From an uncultured Chloroflexia bacterium (lineage in GTDB: Bacteria; Chloroflexota; Limnocylindria; QHBO01): a stretch of 64,000 nucleotides of DNA. Within the stretch, counting starts at the first letter, position 1, and each line of letters opens with the position of its first letter. Shown here piece after piece: positions 47,852 through 57,219 of this stretch. Below the pieces are notes generated by a model. That model saw only the letters and a program-made list of their open reading frames with translations, was not told the origin of the DNA and did no database searches. Location of the stretch: NCBI GenBank assembly GCA_963814375.1, contig CAWFCQ010000008.1:160001-224000 (forward strand), in the 5' to 3' direction. A program made the translations under genes and the position numbers.

Positions 47852-48322
47852 ATGCAGCGCACCCTCGTCCTCGCCAAGCCCGACGCCGTGCAGCGTGGCC
47901 TCATCGGCGAGATCCTCGGCCGCTTCGAGCGCAAGGGACTCAAGGTCGTCGGCCTGCGATTTCTCGACGTCAGCGGCGAGATGGCCGAGGAGCATTACGC
48001 CGTCCACGCCGGCAAGCACTTCTACGCCGGGCTGGTCGAGTTCATCACCTCCGGCCCGGTGGCCGCCATCGCGTTGGAGGGCCCGGACGCGATCGCCGTC
48101 GTGCGGCGCATGGTCGGCAAGACGATGCCGAACGAGGCCGAGCCTGGGACCATTCGTGGCGACCTCGGCGTGAGCGGGCTGCGCAACCTGATCCATGCCT
48201 CGGACGCGCCGGAAACCGCGGAGGCCGAGCTCGGGCTCTGGTTCGGCGCCGATGCGCTCGTCGACTATGGGCGCGAGGTCGATGCCTGGATCGTGGCCGA
48301 GGAGCCGGCGCCGGCCGGCTAG
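47852..48322 (+). CDS. ndk: nucleoside diphosphate kinase
   Basis: QRTLVLAKPDAVQRGL, FITSGP, PGTIRGD, NLIHASD. Confidence 0.97.
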   Translation: MQRTLVLAKPDAVQRGLIGEILGRFERKGLKVVGLRFLDVSGEMAEEHYAVHAGKHFYAGLVEFITSGPVAAIALEGPDAIAVVRRMVGKTMPNEAEPGTIRGDLGVSGLRNLIHASDAPETAEAELGLWFGADALVDYGREVDAWIVAEEPAPAG

Positions 48323-48996
48323 CTCTCCGTCGCGGTCAGCGTCGGGTACTCCGGGCGCTCGATCAGGCCAACCCGCTCGAGCGGGAAGTAGCGCAGCCAG
48401 GCCCGCCCGATGATGAGGTCCTCGTCGACAGGCCCGAAGACGCGCGAGTCCTGGCTGTGGGGACGGTTGTCTCCCATCACGAAGTACTCGTTCTCGCCCA
48501 CGATCCAGCTGAGCGGGCAGTCGGCGCGCGGGCACTGCGTCGGCGCCGTGGAGCCGTCCTCCTCCGTCACGACGTAGGGCTCCTCGATGCGCACCGGGCT
48601 CTCGCCTGGGCGCGTGACGAAGACGCGTCCGTTCTCGAGGCTCACGGTGTCGCCCGGCATGCCGATGATGCGCTTGATAAAGGGAATGCCATCGGTCTCG
48701 AGCCCGGAGCCGGTGGGCGGGTCGAAGACGACGACGTCGCCGTAGTGGTAGCCATCGAATCGCGTCGTGAGCTTGTCGATGAGGATGTACTCGCCGTCCA
48801 CGATGGTCGGGAACATCGAGCTCTGCTGCACCTCGAACGGCTGCGCCACGAAGTTGTGGATCACGAGGTAGATGAGGAGCGTCAGAACCAGCGTCTCGAC
48901 GATCTCGAACGCGCAGCCGAGGGCACGGCGCGAACCGGCGCGCTCGCCATCGGCGGGCGCGCCGGAAGGATCGGCGTCGTCGGAGAGGTAGGTCAT
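48319..48996 (-). CDS. lepB: signal peptidase I
   Basis: TM helix, SSMFPT, GDVVVF, FIKRIIGMPGD, YFVMGDNRPHSQDSR. Confidence 0.95.
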   Translation of the reverse strand: MTYLSDDADPSGAPADGERAGSRRALGCAFEIVETLVLTLLIYLVIHNFVAQPFEVQQSSMFPTIVDGEYILIDKLTTRFDGYHYGDVVVFDPPTGSGLETDGIPFIKRIIGMPGDTVSLENGRVFVTRPGESPVRIEEPYVVTEEDGSTAPTQCPRADCPLSWIVGENEYFVMGDNRPHSQDSRVFGPVDEDLIIGRAWLRYFPLERVGLIERPEYPTLTATES

Positions 48997-49063
48997 CGGC
49001 CCTGGGCTGCGGGGACGGGAGGGCACAGAATAGCGCACCGGCTCGTTTAGACTCGCTCGACCG

Positions 49064-49717
49064 ATGGGCACCCTCGTCCTCGTTCGCCACTCGATCACCG
49101 CGGCCTCCGCAGCGGGGCGCAACCTCGGCCAGCGCAGCGACCCGCCGCTCGCCGCCGAAGGGGTGGAGCTGGCCGGCAGGCTGGCCGCGACCCTGGCCCT
49201 CGAGCTCACCGAGCTGCCGCACGACGAGGTCCGTCTCCTCAGCAGCCCTGCGCTGCGCTGCCGTCAGACCGCCGAGATCCTCGCGACCGCCGTGGCAGCG
49301 GGAGCCGGCGCGGATGGCAGCGAGATCGAGATCCATCCTGGCCTGATCGAGATCGACTACGGCGCGTGGGACGGTCTCACCGCCGACGAATGCCGCGCGC
49401 GCGACCCGGAGGTCCGAGCGGCCTGGGAGGCGGACCCGTTCACCACCCGCTGCCCGGAGGGCGAGAGCGGCGCCGACGTGGCCGAGCGCGCGTTTGCCGC
49501 TTTCGATCCACTGGAAGACTGGCTTGCGGCCGATCGGGCGAGGTGCGCGATCGTCGTGGCGCACAACCACGTCAACCGTCTCCGGCTGTGCGCCGTCTTC
49601 GGCTGGCCGATGCGCGAGTATCGCGATCGGCTTTCGCAGGATCCGGCCGGCTACAGCATCATCGGCTTCGGAGGCGAGACGCCGGTCATCCGGCGCGTGA
49701 ACGCCGCCCCGGCCTGA
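49064..49717 (+). CDS. histidine phosphatase family protein
   Basis: LVRHS, SSPALRCRQTA, LIEIDYGAWDG, PEGES, VVAH. Confidence 0.9.
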   Translation: MGTLVLVRHSITAASAAGRNLGQRSDPPLAAEGVELAGRLAATLALELTELPHDEVRLLSSPALRCRQTAEILATAVAAGAGADGSEIEIHPGLIEIDYGAWDGLTADECRARDPEVRAAWEADPFTTRCPEGESGADVAERAFAAFDPLEDWLAADRARCAIVVAHNHVNRLRLCAVFGWPMREYRDRLSQDPAGYSIIGFGGETPVIRRVNAAPA

Positions 49718-49748
49718 GCGATCGCACGGCGGTCGCGGCAGGCATCCC

Positions 49749-49754
49749 TATAAT
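49749..49754 (+). promoter_or_regulatory. -10 element upstream of rpoN
   Basis: Perfect TATAAT 24 nt before the rpoN ATG. Confidence 0.5.
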
Positions 49755-49778
49755 CCGGGTCCCGTACTGCGAGGCTCC

Positions 49779-51197
49779 ATGTCGGTCGAGGTCAGTCAGC
49801 AGCTCCAGCCGGTGATGCAGGTCAAGGTCACGCCGAAGCAGATCGCGGCGAACTACATCCTGCAGATGAGCTCGGTTCAGCTGCAGGACGCCATCTCCCA
49901 GGAGCTGGACGAGAACCCCGCGCTCGAGATGCAGGAGCTGCCGACCTGCCCGATCTGCGGAAGCCCGGTCGTCGGCAACTACTGCACCGACTGCATGCCG
50001 CGCAAGGCCGAGGGCGACGGCGACGACCCGGCGCGGGTGAGCGCCGATGACCTGCCCGGAGACGGCGCCACTCGCCTTCGCGACGAGGCGGACGAGTTCG
50101 ACCCGATCGCGCGCGCCGAGGCCGACTTCACGCTCGAGGACCATCTGACCTGGAACCTCCATGCGCTCCTGCCGTCAGCCCTCCATCCGGTCGCCGACCA
50201 CGTCATCGGCGCGCTCGACTCGAGCGGCTTTCTCACCGAGTCCGATGCCGAGGTCGCAGCGGCGACCGGCGTCACGACCGCCGACGTCGAGCAGGTGCTC
50301 GACGCCATGAAGGGGCTCGAGCCGATCGGGATCGGCTCTCGCTCGATCACCGAGTCACTGCTGGCGCAGATCGACTACCTCATCGAGCTGGGCGAGCCGG
50401 AGATCCCACCGTTCGCGGTCGAAGTGGTTCGCGACCACCTGGCGGACCTCGGCGAGCGCCGGTTCCGCGAGGTCGCGGCTGCGCTCGGGGCGACGCAGCG
50501 CGAGGTGATCGCGGTCTGGGAGTTCGTCAAGAGCAATCTCAATCCGTACCCGACCGCGGCCTTCACGGCGGCGGTCAGCGGCGAGGGTGGGCGCGCCATC
50601 GTTCGCCCCGATGTCCTGGTCCGGAGCGTCGACGGCGAGCTGATCGTCGAGGTGGTCGAGTCGCGCCGGTTCAGCCTGCGCGTGGCGCCGATCTACGCCT
50701 CGTTGAGCTCGACCCTGCGTGGCGCCCAGACGACCGAGGACGAGAAGCAGCACGTCCGCCAGTACGTCGGCCGCGCGAAGTTCTTCATCGACAACATCAA
50801 CCGGCGGCGCGCCACCATTCAGCGCATCGCCGAGGCGCTTGTCGATCGCCAGCGCGACTACCTGCTCCACGGCGTCCAGCACCTCGTCCCGCTGACCCGC
50901 GCCGAGGTGGGTGAGCTGATCGGCATGCACGAGTCGACCGTCAGCCGCGCGACGGCCGAGAAGTACGTGATGCTCCCGTCGGGCGAGGTGGTGCCGTTCA
51001 GCCACTTCTTCACCGCCTCGCTGGGCGTCAAGGACCAGATCAGGCGCATGATCGACGACGAGGACACCGCGCACCCGCTGTCGGACCAGGAGATCGCAGA
51101 TGCCCTCGGCGCCGAAGGCATCGTGCTCGCCCGCCGGACCGTCGCGAAGTATCGCGACGAGCTCCAGATCCTGCCCGCGCGCCTCCGGCATCGCTGA
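49779..51197 (+). CDS. rpoN: RNA polymerase sigma-54 factor
   Basis: Region I (QQLQP...ILQMSS...ELDENPALE), PIGIG, MHESTVSRA, LSDQEI, RpoN box ARRTVAKYR. Confidence 0.96.
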   Translation: MSVEVSQQLQPVMQVKVTPKQIAANYILQMSSVQLQDAISQELDENPALEMQELPTCPICGSPVVGNYCTDCMPRKAEGDGDDPARVSADDLPGDGATRLRDEADEFDPIARAEADFTLEDHLTWNLHALLPSALHPVADHVIGALDSSGFLTESDAEVAAATGVTTADVEQVLDAMKGLEPIGIGSRSITESLLAQIDYLIELGEPEIPPFAVEVVRDHLADLGERRFREVAAALGATQREVIAVWEFVKSNLNPYPTAAFTAAVSGEGGRAIVRPDVLVRSVDGELIVEVVESRRFSLRVAPIYASLSSTLRGAQTTEDEKQHVRQYVGRAKFFIDNINRRRATIQRIAEALVDRQRDYLLHGVQHLVPLTRAEVGELIGMHESTVSRATAEKYVMLPSGEVVPFSHFFTASLGVKDQIRRMIDDEDTAHPLSDQEIADALGAEGIVLARRTVAKYRDELQILPARLRHR

Positions 51198-51218
51198 CCC
51201 GCACCGGTCGCTGCGCCG

Positions 51219-53251
51219 ATGCGGTCAGTCCTTCTCCGCACCCTCGCCGTGGTCGGCGCGGGCGGGCTCGTGCTGGCCGGCGTCCTCTACGTGGCGAGCA
51301 CCGTCGATGCGCGTGCCCCGCAGGTCGTCGGGATTCGCCTGACCCAGACTGCCGGCGACGACGCCCGGGTCGGCCTCATAACCACGAGCCTGGAGATCGC
51401 GTTCAGCGAGCCGGTCGAGGCCGAGGATGCCGCCGACTCGGTTTCGCTGCGGCCGTCGGTCGACGGGGCGGTCAGCTGGAGCGGCAGCACCATGATCCTG
51501 ACGCCCGCCGACCCGCTCCAGCTCGAGAGCGCCTACACGCTTCACATCGAGCCCGGGATCCATGACGTCGCCGGCAACGCCATGACGGAGGTTCCGCCGC
51601 CGTGGGAGTTCACGACGAGTGGGAGGCCGACCCTGGTGCAGTCGGTGCCGGAGGACGGCGGCGAGGACGTCCCGCTGGAGGAGCCGATTGCACTGACCTT
51701 CTCGAGCCTGATGGACACCGCGTCGGTCGAGGCCGCGCTGCGCCTGCGTCCGAGCTTCGGCCACGAGCTGCGCTGGAGCGGGAGCCTGCTCGAGATCGTG
51801 CCGACGCAGCCGCTCCGAGCGGGCCAGCGCTACGAGGTCTCGATCCAGGACGATGCCGCCGACGCCGCCGGGGTGGCGCTCGCGGAGGCGCTGCTCATCA
51901 GCTTCGAGACGGTGTCGCCGGGGCTGGCGGTCGAGACCCTCGTGCCCGCCGACGGTGTGGACGGCATCGCGGCCACCTCGCCGATCGCCGTCATCTTCGA
52001 TCGGCCGATTGATCCCGCCTCGGCCGACGAGGGGCTGCTGGTCATCACGCCGGAGCTGGCCGGCACGCTCGAGGTCGTTGCGCTTCCCGATGACCCGGCA
52101 TCGCCGGACGGCGCCGGATCGCTCCTTCGCTTCACGCCGTCCGGCCCGCTCCCGCCGAACACGACGTTCGAGGTCGAGCTGGCGGTCGGCGTCACCGCCC
52201 CGGAGGACGGTGGTGGCATGGGCGGGCCGGTGAGCTGGAGCTTCACCACCGGCGCGCCGCTGGACGCGATCTCGAACCGCATCACCTTCATCACCGATCG
52301 GGCCGGCGTCGCGAACGTGTGGGCCATGAACGCCGACGGGAGCGGCCAGCGCCAGGTCAGCGCCGAGCTCCTCCCCATCGTCGACTACGCCGTCGCGCCG
52401 GACGGCAGCTCCCTCGTGCTGGCGGATGGGTATCGGCTCGTCCATCAGCGTGCCGATGGGTCAGATCGCCAGGTGCTGACGGGCGAGGGCCTCGTCGAGT
52501 TCGACCCGACGTACTCTCCGAACGGACGGCGCATCGCCTTTGGCCGCTCCGATGCCGAGACGGGCGAAGGTCTCGGCCTGTGGGAGTGGGTGATCGGCGG
52601 AGGCGACCCGACGCCGATCGTCCTGCCCGACGACCCGGAAGCCGGACCGACGCCGTCCGGCCTGGTGGCGGCCGCGGCGCTGCGCGCGCCCCGCTACGCG
52701 CCGGACGGAGAGGCGCTGGCCTTCGCCGACCTCGACGGCCGCATCGGCATCCTCGACCTGCCGGCCGGACTCCTGTCCCGGCTCCATACGCGCCGGAGGC
52801 CGCCCCGACATGGCTGCCCGATGGATCTGGCGTGCTGCTGGGCGGCTCGCTGGACGCGTCGGTCGAGGCGGAACCGCTGATCGGCCCGGTGGAGCCGCTT
52901 GTGCCGGGCCGCGACGACGGCGTCCACCGCTTCGCGCGCTCCGGGCTCTCGGTCCAGGAGACCGCGCTCGGGGAGGGGGCGGTCGTCCTGGCCATTGCTG
53001 GCGACGGCACGATCGCGTACCTCGACGACGACGGAGATCTGCGGCTCACCGACGACCCGGACGAGGCCGGAGGCGACCCGATCGTCGCGGACGCGCGGGT
53101 CGTGGCGGCGTCCTTCGCGCCGGGGGAGGGGATGGCGGTCATCGTCGTCGCATCCGAGGGTGAGGTCGGGAGCGTCGAGCTGCTCGACCTGGCGACCGGC
53201 GAGCGCACGCCGCTGGCACCGGAGGGCTCGCGACCACGCTGGCTGCCCTGA
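51219..53251 (+). CDS. membrane-anchored protein with three Ig-like (Big_5) domains and a TolB-like beta-propeller; frameshift near 52785
   Basis: N-terminal anchor; IAFSEPV, LTFSSLMD and VIFDRPI Big_5 repeats with WSFTT; PD40-like YSPNG/YAPDG/WLPDG; C-part in frame 52319-53251 ending RPRWLP. Confidence 0.8.
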
Positions 53252-53394
53252 AGGTCCCGGTGGTCCGTGCTAGAATCCGCCCGCCGTCGCTGGCGGGCAT
53301 GTGACGTAAGTCCTCCGCCGGCGATTCCTGTGCGTCAAACCCGGTCGAGTTCGAGCCCGCTTTCTCGTGGCCGCCGACCGCACTCGGAGGTCTC

Positions 53395-55614
53395 ATGGAG
53401 CTCTTGACCTGGGTGATCCCCGTGGCGGGGATCGTGGCCGTCCTCTTCGCGCTCTACCTCGCTCGTGACGTGATGTCGCGCGACACGGGGACGCCGGAGA
53501 TGGTGGCCGTCGGCGACACGATCCGCGAGGGTGCAGACGCCTTCGTGCGACGCCAGTACACGACGATCGCCGTCCTGGCGCTCGTCGGCGCGGTGATCAT
53601 CGGCATCGTCATCGCCCTCGTCGAGACGCCCGAGGTGGCCGACGTGCCGAGCCTGGCCGGCATTCCGATCGGGATCATGACGGCGATCGCCTTCCTCGTC
53701 GGCGCCGCCTGCTCGATGGCGTCCGGGATCATCGGCATGTTCGTCAGCGTTCGCTCCAACGTCCGGACCGCCGCGGCGGCGCGAACCAGCCTCGTCGGCG
53801 CGGTGCAGGTCGCGATGCGCGGCGGCGCGGTCTCCGGCTTCCTGGTCGTGGCCCTGTCGCTGCTGGGCGTGTGGGGCATCTTCACCGTCTACCAGGCCTT
53901 CTTCGACGTCACGGTGGCCGAGGCGCCGTTCCTCATCGTCGGCTTCGGGTTCGGGGCGAGCTTCGTCGCGCTCTTCGCCCAGCTCGGCGGCGGGATCTAC
54001 ACCAAGGCCGCCGACGTCGGCTCCGACCTCGTCGGCAAGGTCGAGGCGGGAATACCCGAGGACGATCCCCGCAACGCGGGCGTCATTGCCGACCTCGTGG
54101 GTGACAACGTCGGCGACTGCGCCGGCCGCGGCGCCGACCTCTTCGAGTCGACGGCCGCCGAGAACATCGGCGCCATGATCCTCGGCGTGGCCGCCTTCGC
54201 CATCGCGGAGAGCGCTGGCTGGCCGAACCCCGAGGCGTGGATCTTCTTCCCGCTCGTCGTGCGTGCCTTCGGCCTGCTTGCCACTATCGTCGCGATGTTC
54301 TTCATCCGGGGCTCGGAAACCGAGAACCCGATGAACATCCTCAACCGCGGCTACTGGGTCACCACCGTCCTCTCGGTTGGTGGGCTCGCCCTGACGACCT
54401 TCCTCATGATGAACACGAACGGCACGATCTCGAACGGCCTGCCGGTGTGGGTGTGGTTCTTCTTCGCCGGCCTGATCGGGCTCGCCACCAGCGTCGCCTT
54501 CGTCTACATCACCCAGTACTACACCGCCGGCTCCTTCCGCCCCGTGCGCGAGATCGCGGAGGCTTCGAGGACGGGCCCGGCGACGAACATCATCAGCGGC
54601 ACTGCGGTTGGCTTCGAGACGACGTTCGTGACCGCGATCTCGATCGGCATCGCGCTGATCGCGTCGCACTGGCTCGGCTCGCAGGCCGGACTCGTCAATG
54701 CCGCGGGTCACGACGTGGGCGGCATCTTCGGCACCGCGGTGGCGACGATGGCCATGCTGATGACCACCGCCTACATCCTGGCCATGGACACCTTCGGGCC
54801 GATCACCGACAACGCCGGCGGCGTCGCCGAGTTCAGCCGCTCGGAGGCCCATACGCGCGAGATCACCGATCGGCTCGACGCCGTGGGCAACACCACCAAG
54901 GCGCTGACCAAGGGCTACGCCATCGCGTCGGCGTCGCTCGCCGCCTTCCTGCTCTTCAGCGCCTATATCGACAAGGTCAACCTCATCATCGGCAACCAGA
55001 TCGCCGCCGGCCGCACCGATATCGAGCTCCTCACTGCGGTCAACCTGGCCGACGTCGGGGTCTTCGTGGCGGCGCTCATCGGGGCGATGATCGCGTACTT
55101 CTTCAGCAGCCTCGCGATCCGCGCGGTCGGCGTCACAGCGCAGTCGATCATCGTCGAGGTGCGACGGCAGTTCCGCGAGATGCCCGGGATCATGGACTAC
55201 TCGCAGCGCCCGGACTACGCCCGCGTGGTCGACATCACCACGCGCGCCGCGCTGCGCCAGATGGTGGCTCCCGGCCTCGTGGCCGTGGCCGCCCCGATCG
55301 CGGTCGGGCTGCTGCTCGGCTACCAGGCCGTCGCCGGCTTCCTGATGGTCGGCACCATCTCCGGCGTCCTTCTCGCCACCGTCCTGAACAACGGTGGTGG
55401 GGCGTGGGACAACGCCAAGAAGTACATCGAGTCGGGCAACCTGAAGGACGAGGACGGGAACGTCCTCGGCAAGAAGACGGAGGCCCACGCCGCAGCCGTG
55501 GTGGGCGACACGGTCGGTGATCCGTTCAAGGACACCGCCGGCCCTTCGCTCCACGTGCTCGTCAAGCTGTTCGCCACCATCACGCTGGTGCTGGCGCCGC
55601 TCTTCATCCGATAA
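53395..55614 (+). CDS. hppA: membrane-bound proton-translocating pyrophosphatase, K+-independent type
   Basis: GGGIYTKAADVGSDLVGKVE, DNVGDCAG, GPITDNAGG, GNTTKA (Lys marks the K+-independent type), GGAWDNAKK, GDTVGDPFKD. Confidence 0.95.
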   Translation: MELLTWVIPVAGIVAVLFALYLARDVMSRDTGTPEMVAVGDTIREGADAFVRRQYTTIAVLALVGAVIIGIVIALVETPEVADVPSLAGIPIGIMTAIAFLVGAACSMASGIIGMFVSVRSNVRTAAAARTSLVGAVQVAMRGGAVSGFLVVALSLLGVWGIFTVYQAFFDVTVAEAPFLIVGFGFGASFVALFAQLGGGIYTKAADVGSDLVGKVEAGIPEDDPRNAGVIADLVGDNVGDCAGRGADLFESTAAENIGAMILGVAAFAIAESAGWPNPEAWIFFPLVVRAFGLLATIVAMFFIRGSETENPMNILNRGYWVTTVLSVGGLALTTFLMMNTNGTISNGLPVWVWFFFAGLIGLATSVAFVYITQYYTAGSFRPVREIAEASRTGPATNIISGTAVGFETTFVTAISIGIALIASHWLGSQAGLVNAAGHDVGGIFGTAVATMAMLMTTAYILAMDTFGPITDNAGGVAEFSRSEAHTREITDRLDAVGNTTKALTKGYAIASASLAAFLLFSAYIDKVNLIIGNQIAAGRTDIELLTAVNLADVGVFVAALIGAMIAYFFSSLAIRAVGVTAQSIIVEVRRQFREMPGIMDYSQRPDYARVVDITTRAALRQMVAPGLVAVAAPIAVGLLLGYQAVAGFLMVGTISGVLLATVLNNGGGAWDNAKKYIESGNLKDEDGNVLGKKTEAHAAAVVGDTVGDPFKDTAGPSLHVLVKLFATITLVLAPLFIR

Positions 55615-55635
55615 GGAGCGGGCACAGGGCCGATC

Positions 55636-55651
55636 GTATATACGTATATAC
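55636..55651. promoter_or_regulatory. perfect 16-bp AT-rich palindrome GTATATACGTATATAC upstream of uppP
   Basis: Self-complementary and a tandem of GTATATAC; overlaps a TATACT -10-like hexamer. Confidence 0.45.
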
Positions 55652-55671
55652 TTTCGGCCGCGCCCACAACC

Positions 55672-56517
55672 ATGGACGTCGTCTTCCAGGCCGCGGTCGT
55701 CGGGATCATCCAGGGGCTGACAGAGTTCATCCCCGTCAGCTCCTCCGCGCATCTCGAGCTCGTGCCATGGATCTTCGGATGGGAGTCGGACGCCCTGATC
55801 GGGTCGCTCGCCTTCGATGTCTTCCTCCACCTCGGAACGCTCGTCGCGCTGCTCGTCGTCTTCGGCGGCGACTGGCTGCGCTACATCCGGGCGGCACTGG
55901 CCAGCATCCGCGAGCGCCGCATCGGCGACGATCCGGAGCGACGGCTGGCATGGCTCCTCGTCCTCGCCACTATCCCGGCGGCGCTCATCGGCTTCGCCTT
56001 CGAGGACCTGATCGAGACGACGTTCCACGGCGACAGCGATGCCGCGCGGCTCGCGATCGCCGCGTTCCTGGTGGTGGGCGCCGTGATCCTGTGGCTGGCG
56101 GACCGGCTCGGCAGCCGGCGCCGTGAGATGAACGACCTCCGCGCCCCGAGCGCGCTGGCGGTCGGCTTGTCGCAGGCGGCCGCGCTGCTGCCGGGCATCA
56201 GCCGATCCGGAGCAACGATCAGCGCCGGGCTGGCGATCGGACTGACGCGCGAGGCCGCCGCGCGCTTCAGCTTCCTGCTCGCCACGCCGATCACGCTCGG
56301 CGCCGGCCTGTATGGATCGCGCCGGCTCCTGACCGAGCCGCACAGCGGCACGGAGTGGGTGGCGATCGTCGTCGGCTTCGTCGCGGCGGCGGTGGCCGGG
56401 ATGATCGCGATCCGCTTCCTTCTCGCCTGGCTGCGCGAGCGATCGGTCGCGGTCTTCAGCCTCTACCGAATCGGCCTGGCGGCCCTCGTGGTCGCGCTCG
56501 TCGCCGCCGGCCGTTGA
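55672..56517 (+). CDS. uppP: undecaprenyl-diphosphate phosphatase
   Basis: GIIQGLTEFIPVSSSAH, HLGT, PGISRSGAT, AARFSFLL, YRI. Confidence 0.96.
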   Translation: MDVVFQAAVVGIIQGLTEFIPVSSSAHLELVPWIFGWESDALIGSLAFDVFLHLGTLVALLVVFGGDWLRYIRAALASIRERRIGDDPERRLAWLLVLATIPAALIGFAFEDLIETTFHGDSDAARLAIAAFLVVGAVILWLADRLGSRRREMNDLRAPSALAVGLSQAAALLPGISRSGATISAGLAIGLTREAAARFSFLLATPITLGAGLYGSRRLLTEPHSGTEWVAIVVGFVAAAVAGMIAIRFLLAWLRERSVAVFSLYRIGLAALVVALVAAGR

Positions 56518-56530
56518 GCGTCCGGAGGCT

Positions 56531-56559
56531 TTGACGCGGGAGGCTTGCACGCCTACAAT
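56531..56559 (+). promoter_or_regulatory. sigma-70 promoter of greA
   Basis: TTGACG-17 nt-TACAAT. Confidence 0.75.
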
Positions 56560-56610
56560 CTGGCGACCGTCGCCGAAGCGGCGGACTGCCTGGCCCATCG
56601 GGTACGGCCA

Positions 56611-56655
56611 GCTTCAGGAGACGCCGCGGATGGCGCGGGGCCTGAAGCGTTTTTT
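56611..56655 (+). terminator. intrinsic terminator/attenuator in the greA leader
   Basis: GCTTCAGG...CCTGAAGC stem followed by GTTTTTTGTT, between the promoter and the greA start. Confidence 0.75.
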
Positions 56656-56751
56656 GTTATCGGAGCGCGGACAAGCCGACCCGTTGCGACCCCATGACGG
56701 GCCGATGCCTCTCCCGGAGGCGCCGCAGGAGGAAGAGGGGGCACAGTGACC

Positions 56752-57213
56752 ATGAACACCAAGCCCGTCTATCTCACCGCCGAGGGCCTCGCCAAGCTCA
56801 AGGCCGAGCTCAACGAGCTCATCACCGTCGACCGGCCGCGCGTTGCTGCGCGGATCCACGAGGCGAAGCTGGACGGTGACCTGTCTGAGAACGCCGAGTA
56901 CGAGGATGCCAAGCAGGAGCAGTCGTTCCTGGAAGGCCGCATCGCGACGCTCGAGCTCCAGCTCCGGAACGCCGAGGTCATCGAGAAGACCAATGGCGAC
57001 AAGGTCGGGATCGGCTCGAAGGTCGTGATCAAGGGCGGCGACGGCGAGGAGACATTCACCATCGTCGGTTCCGCCGAGGCAGCCCCCCGCGAGGGCCGCA
57101 TCAGCAACGAGTCGCCGGTCGGCGCCGCGCTGATGGGACTCAAGAAGGGCGACAGTTTCACGGTCCAGGCGCCCGCCGGGCCGATCGAGTACACGCTCGT
57201 CCGCATCGGCTGA
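56752..57213 (+). CDS. greA: transcription elongation factor GreA
   Basis: YLTAEG, GDLSENAEY, IVGSAEA, ISNESPVGAAL. Alternative GTG start at 56746. Confidence 0.97.
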   Translation: MNTKPVYLTAEGLAKLKAELNELITVDRPRVAARIHEAKLDGDLSENAEYEDAKQEQSFLEGRIATLELQLRNAEVIEKTNGDKVGIGSKVVIKGGDGEETFTIVGSAEAAPREGRISNESPVGAALMGLKKGDSFTVQAPAGPIEYTLVRIG

Positions 57214-57219
57214 GCAGCC

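Noticed and set aside
53271-53394. ~110-nt leader of hppA as a possible ion-sensing riboswitch
   Set aside because: TAGAAT box present, but no recognisable aptamer consensus or terminator.
53335-56598. Very long antisense ORFs (1087 aa here; also 44285-47281, 56614-58788, 38881-40965, and the N-terminal extension of 12092-14335)
   Set aside because: Shadow frames of well-identified genes on the opposite strand. High GC3 suppresses stop codons, and the translations have no domain motifs.
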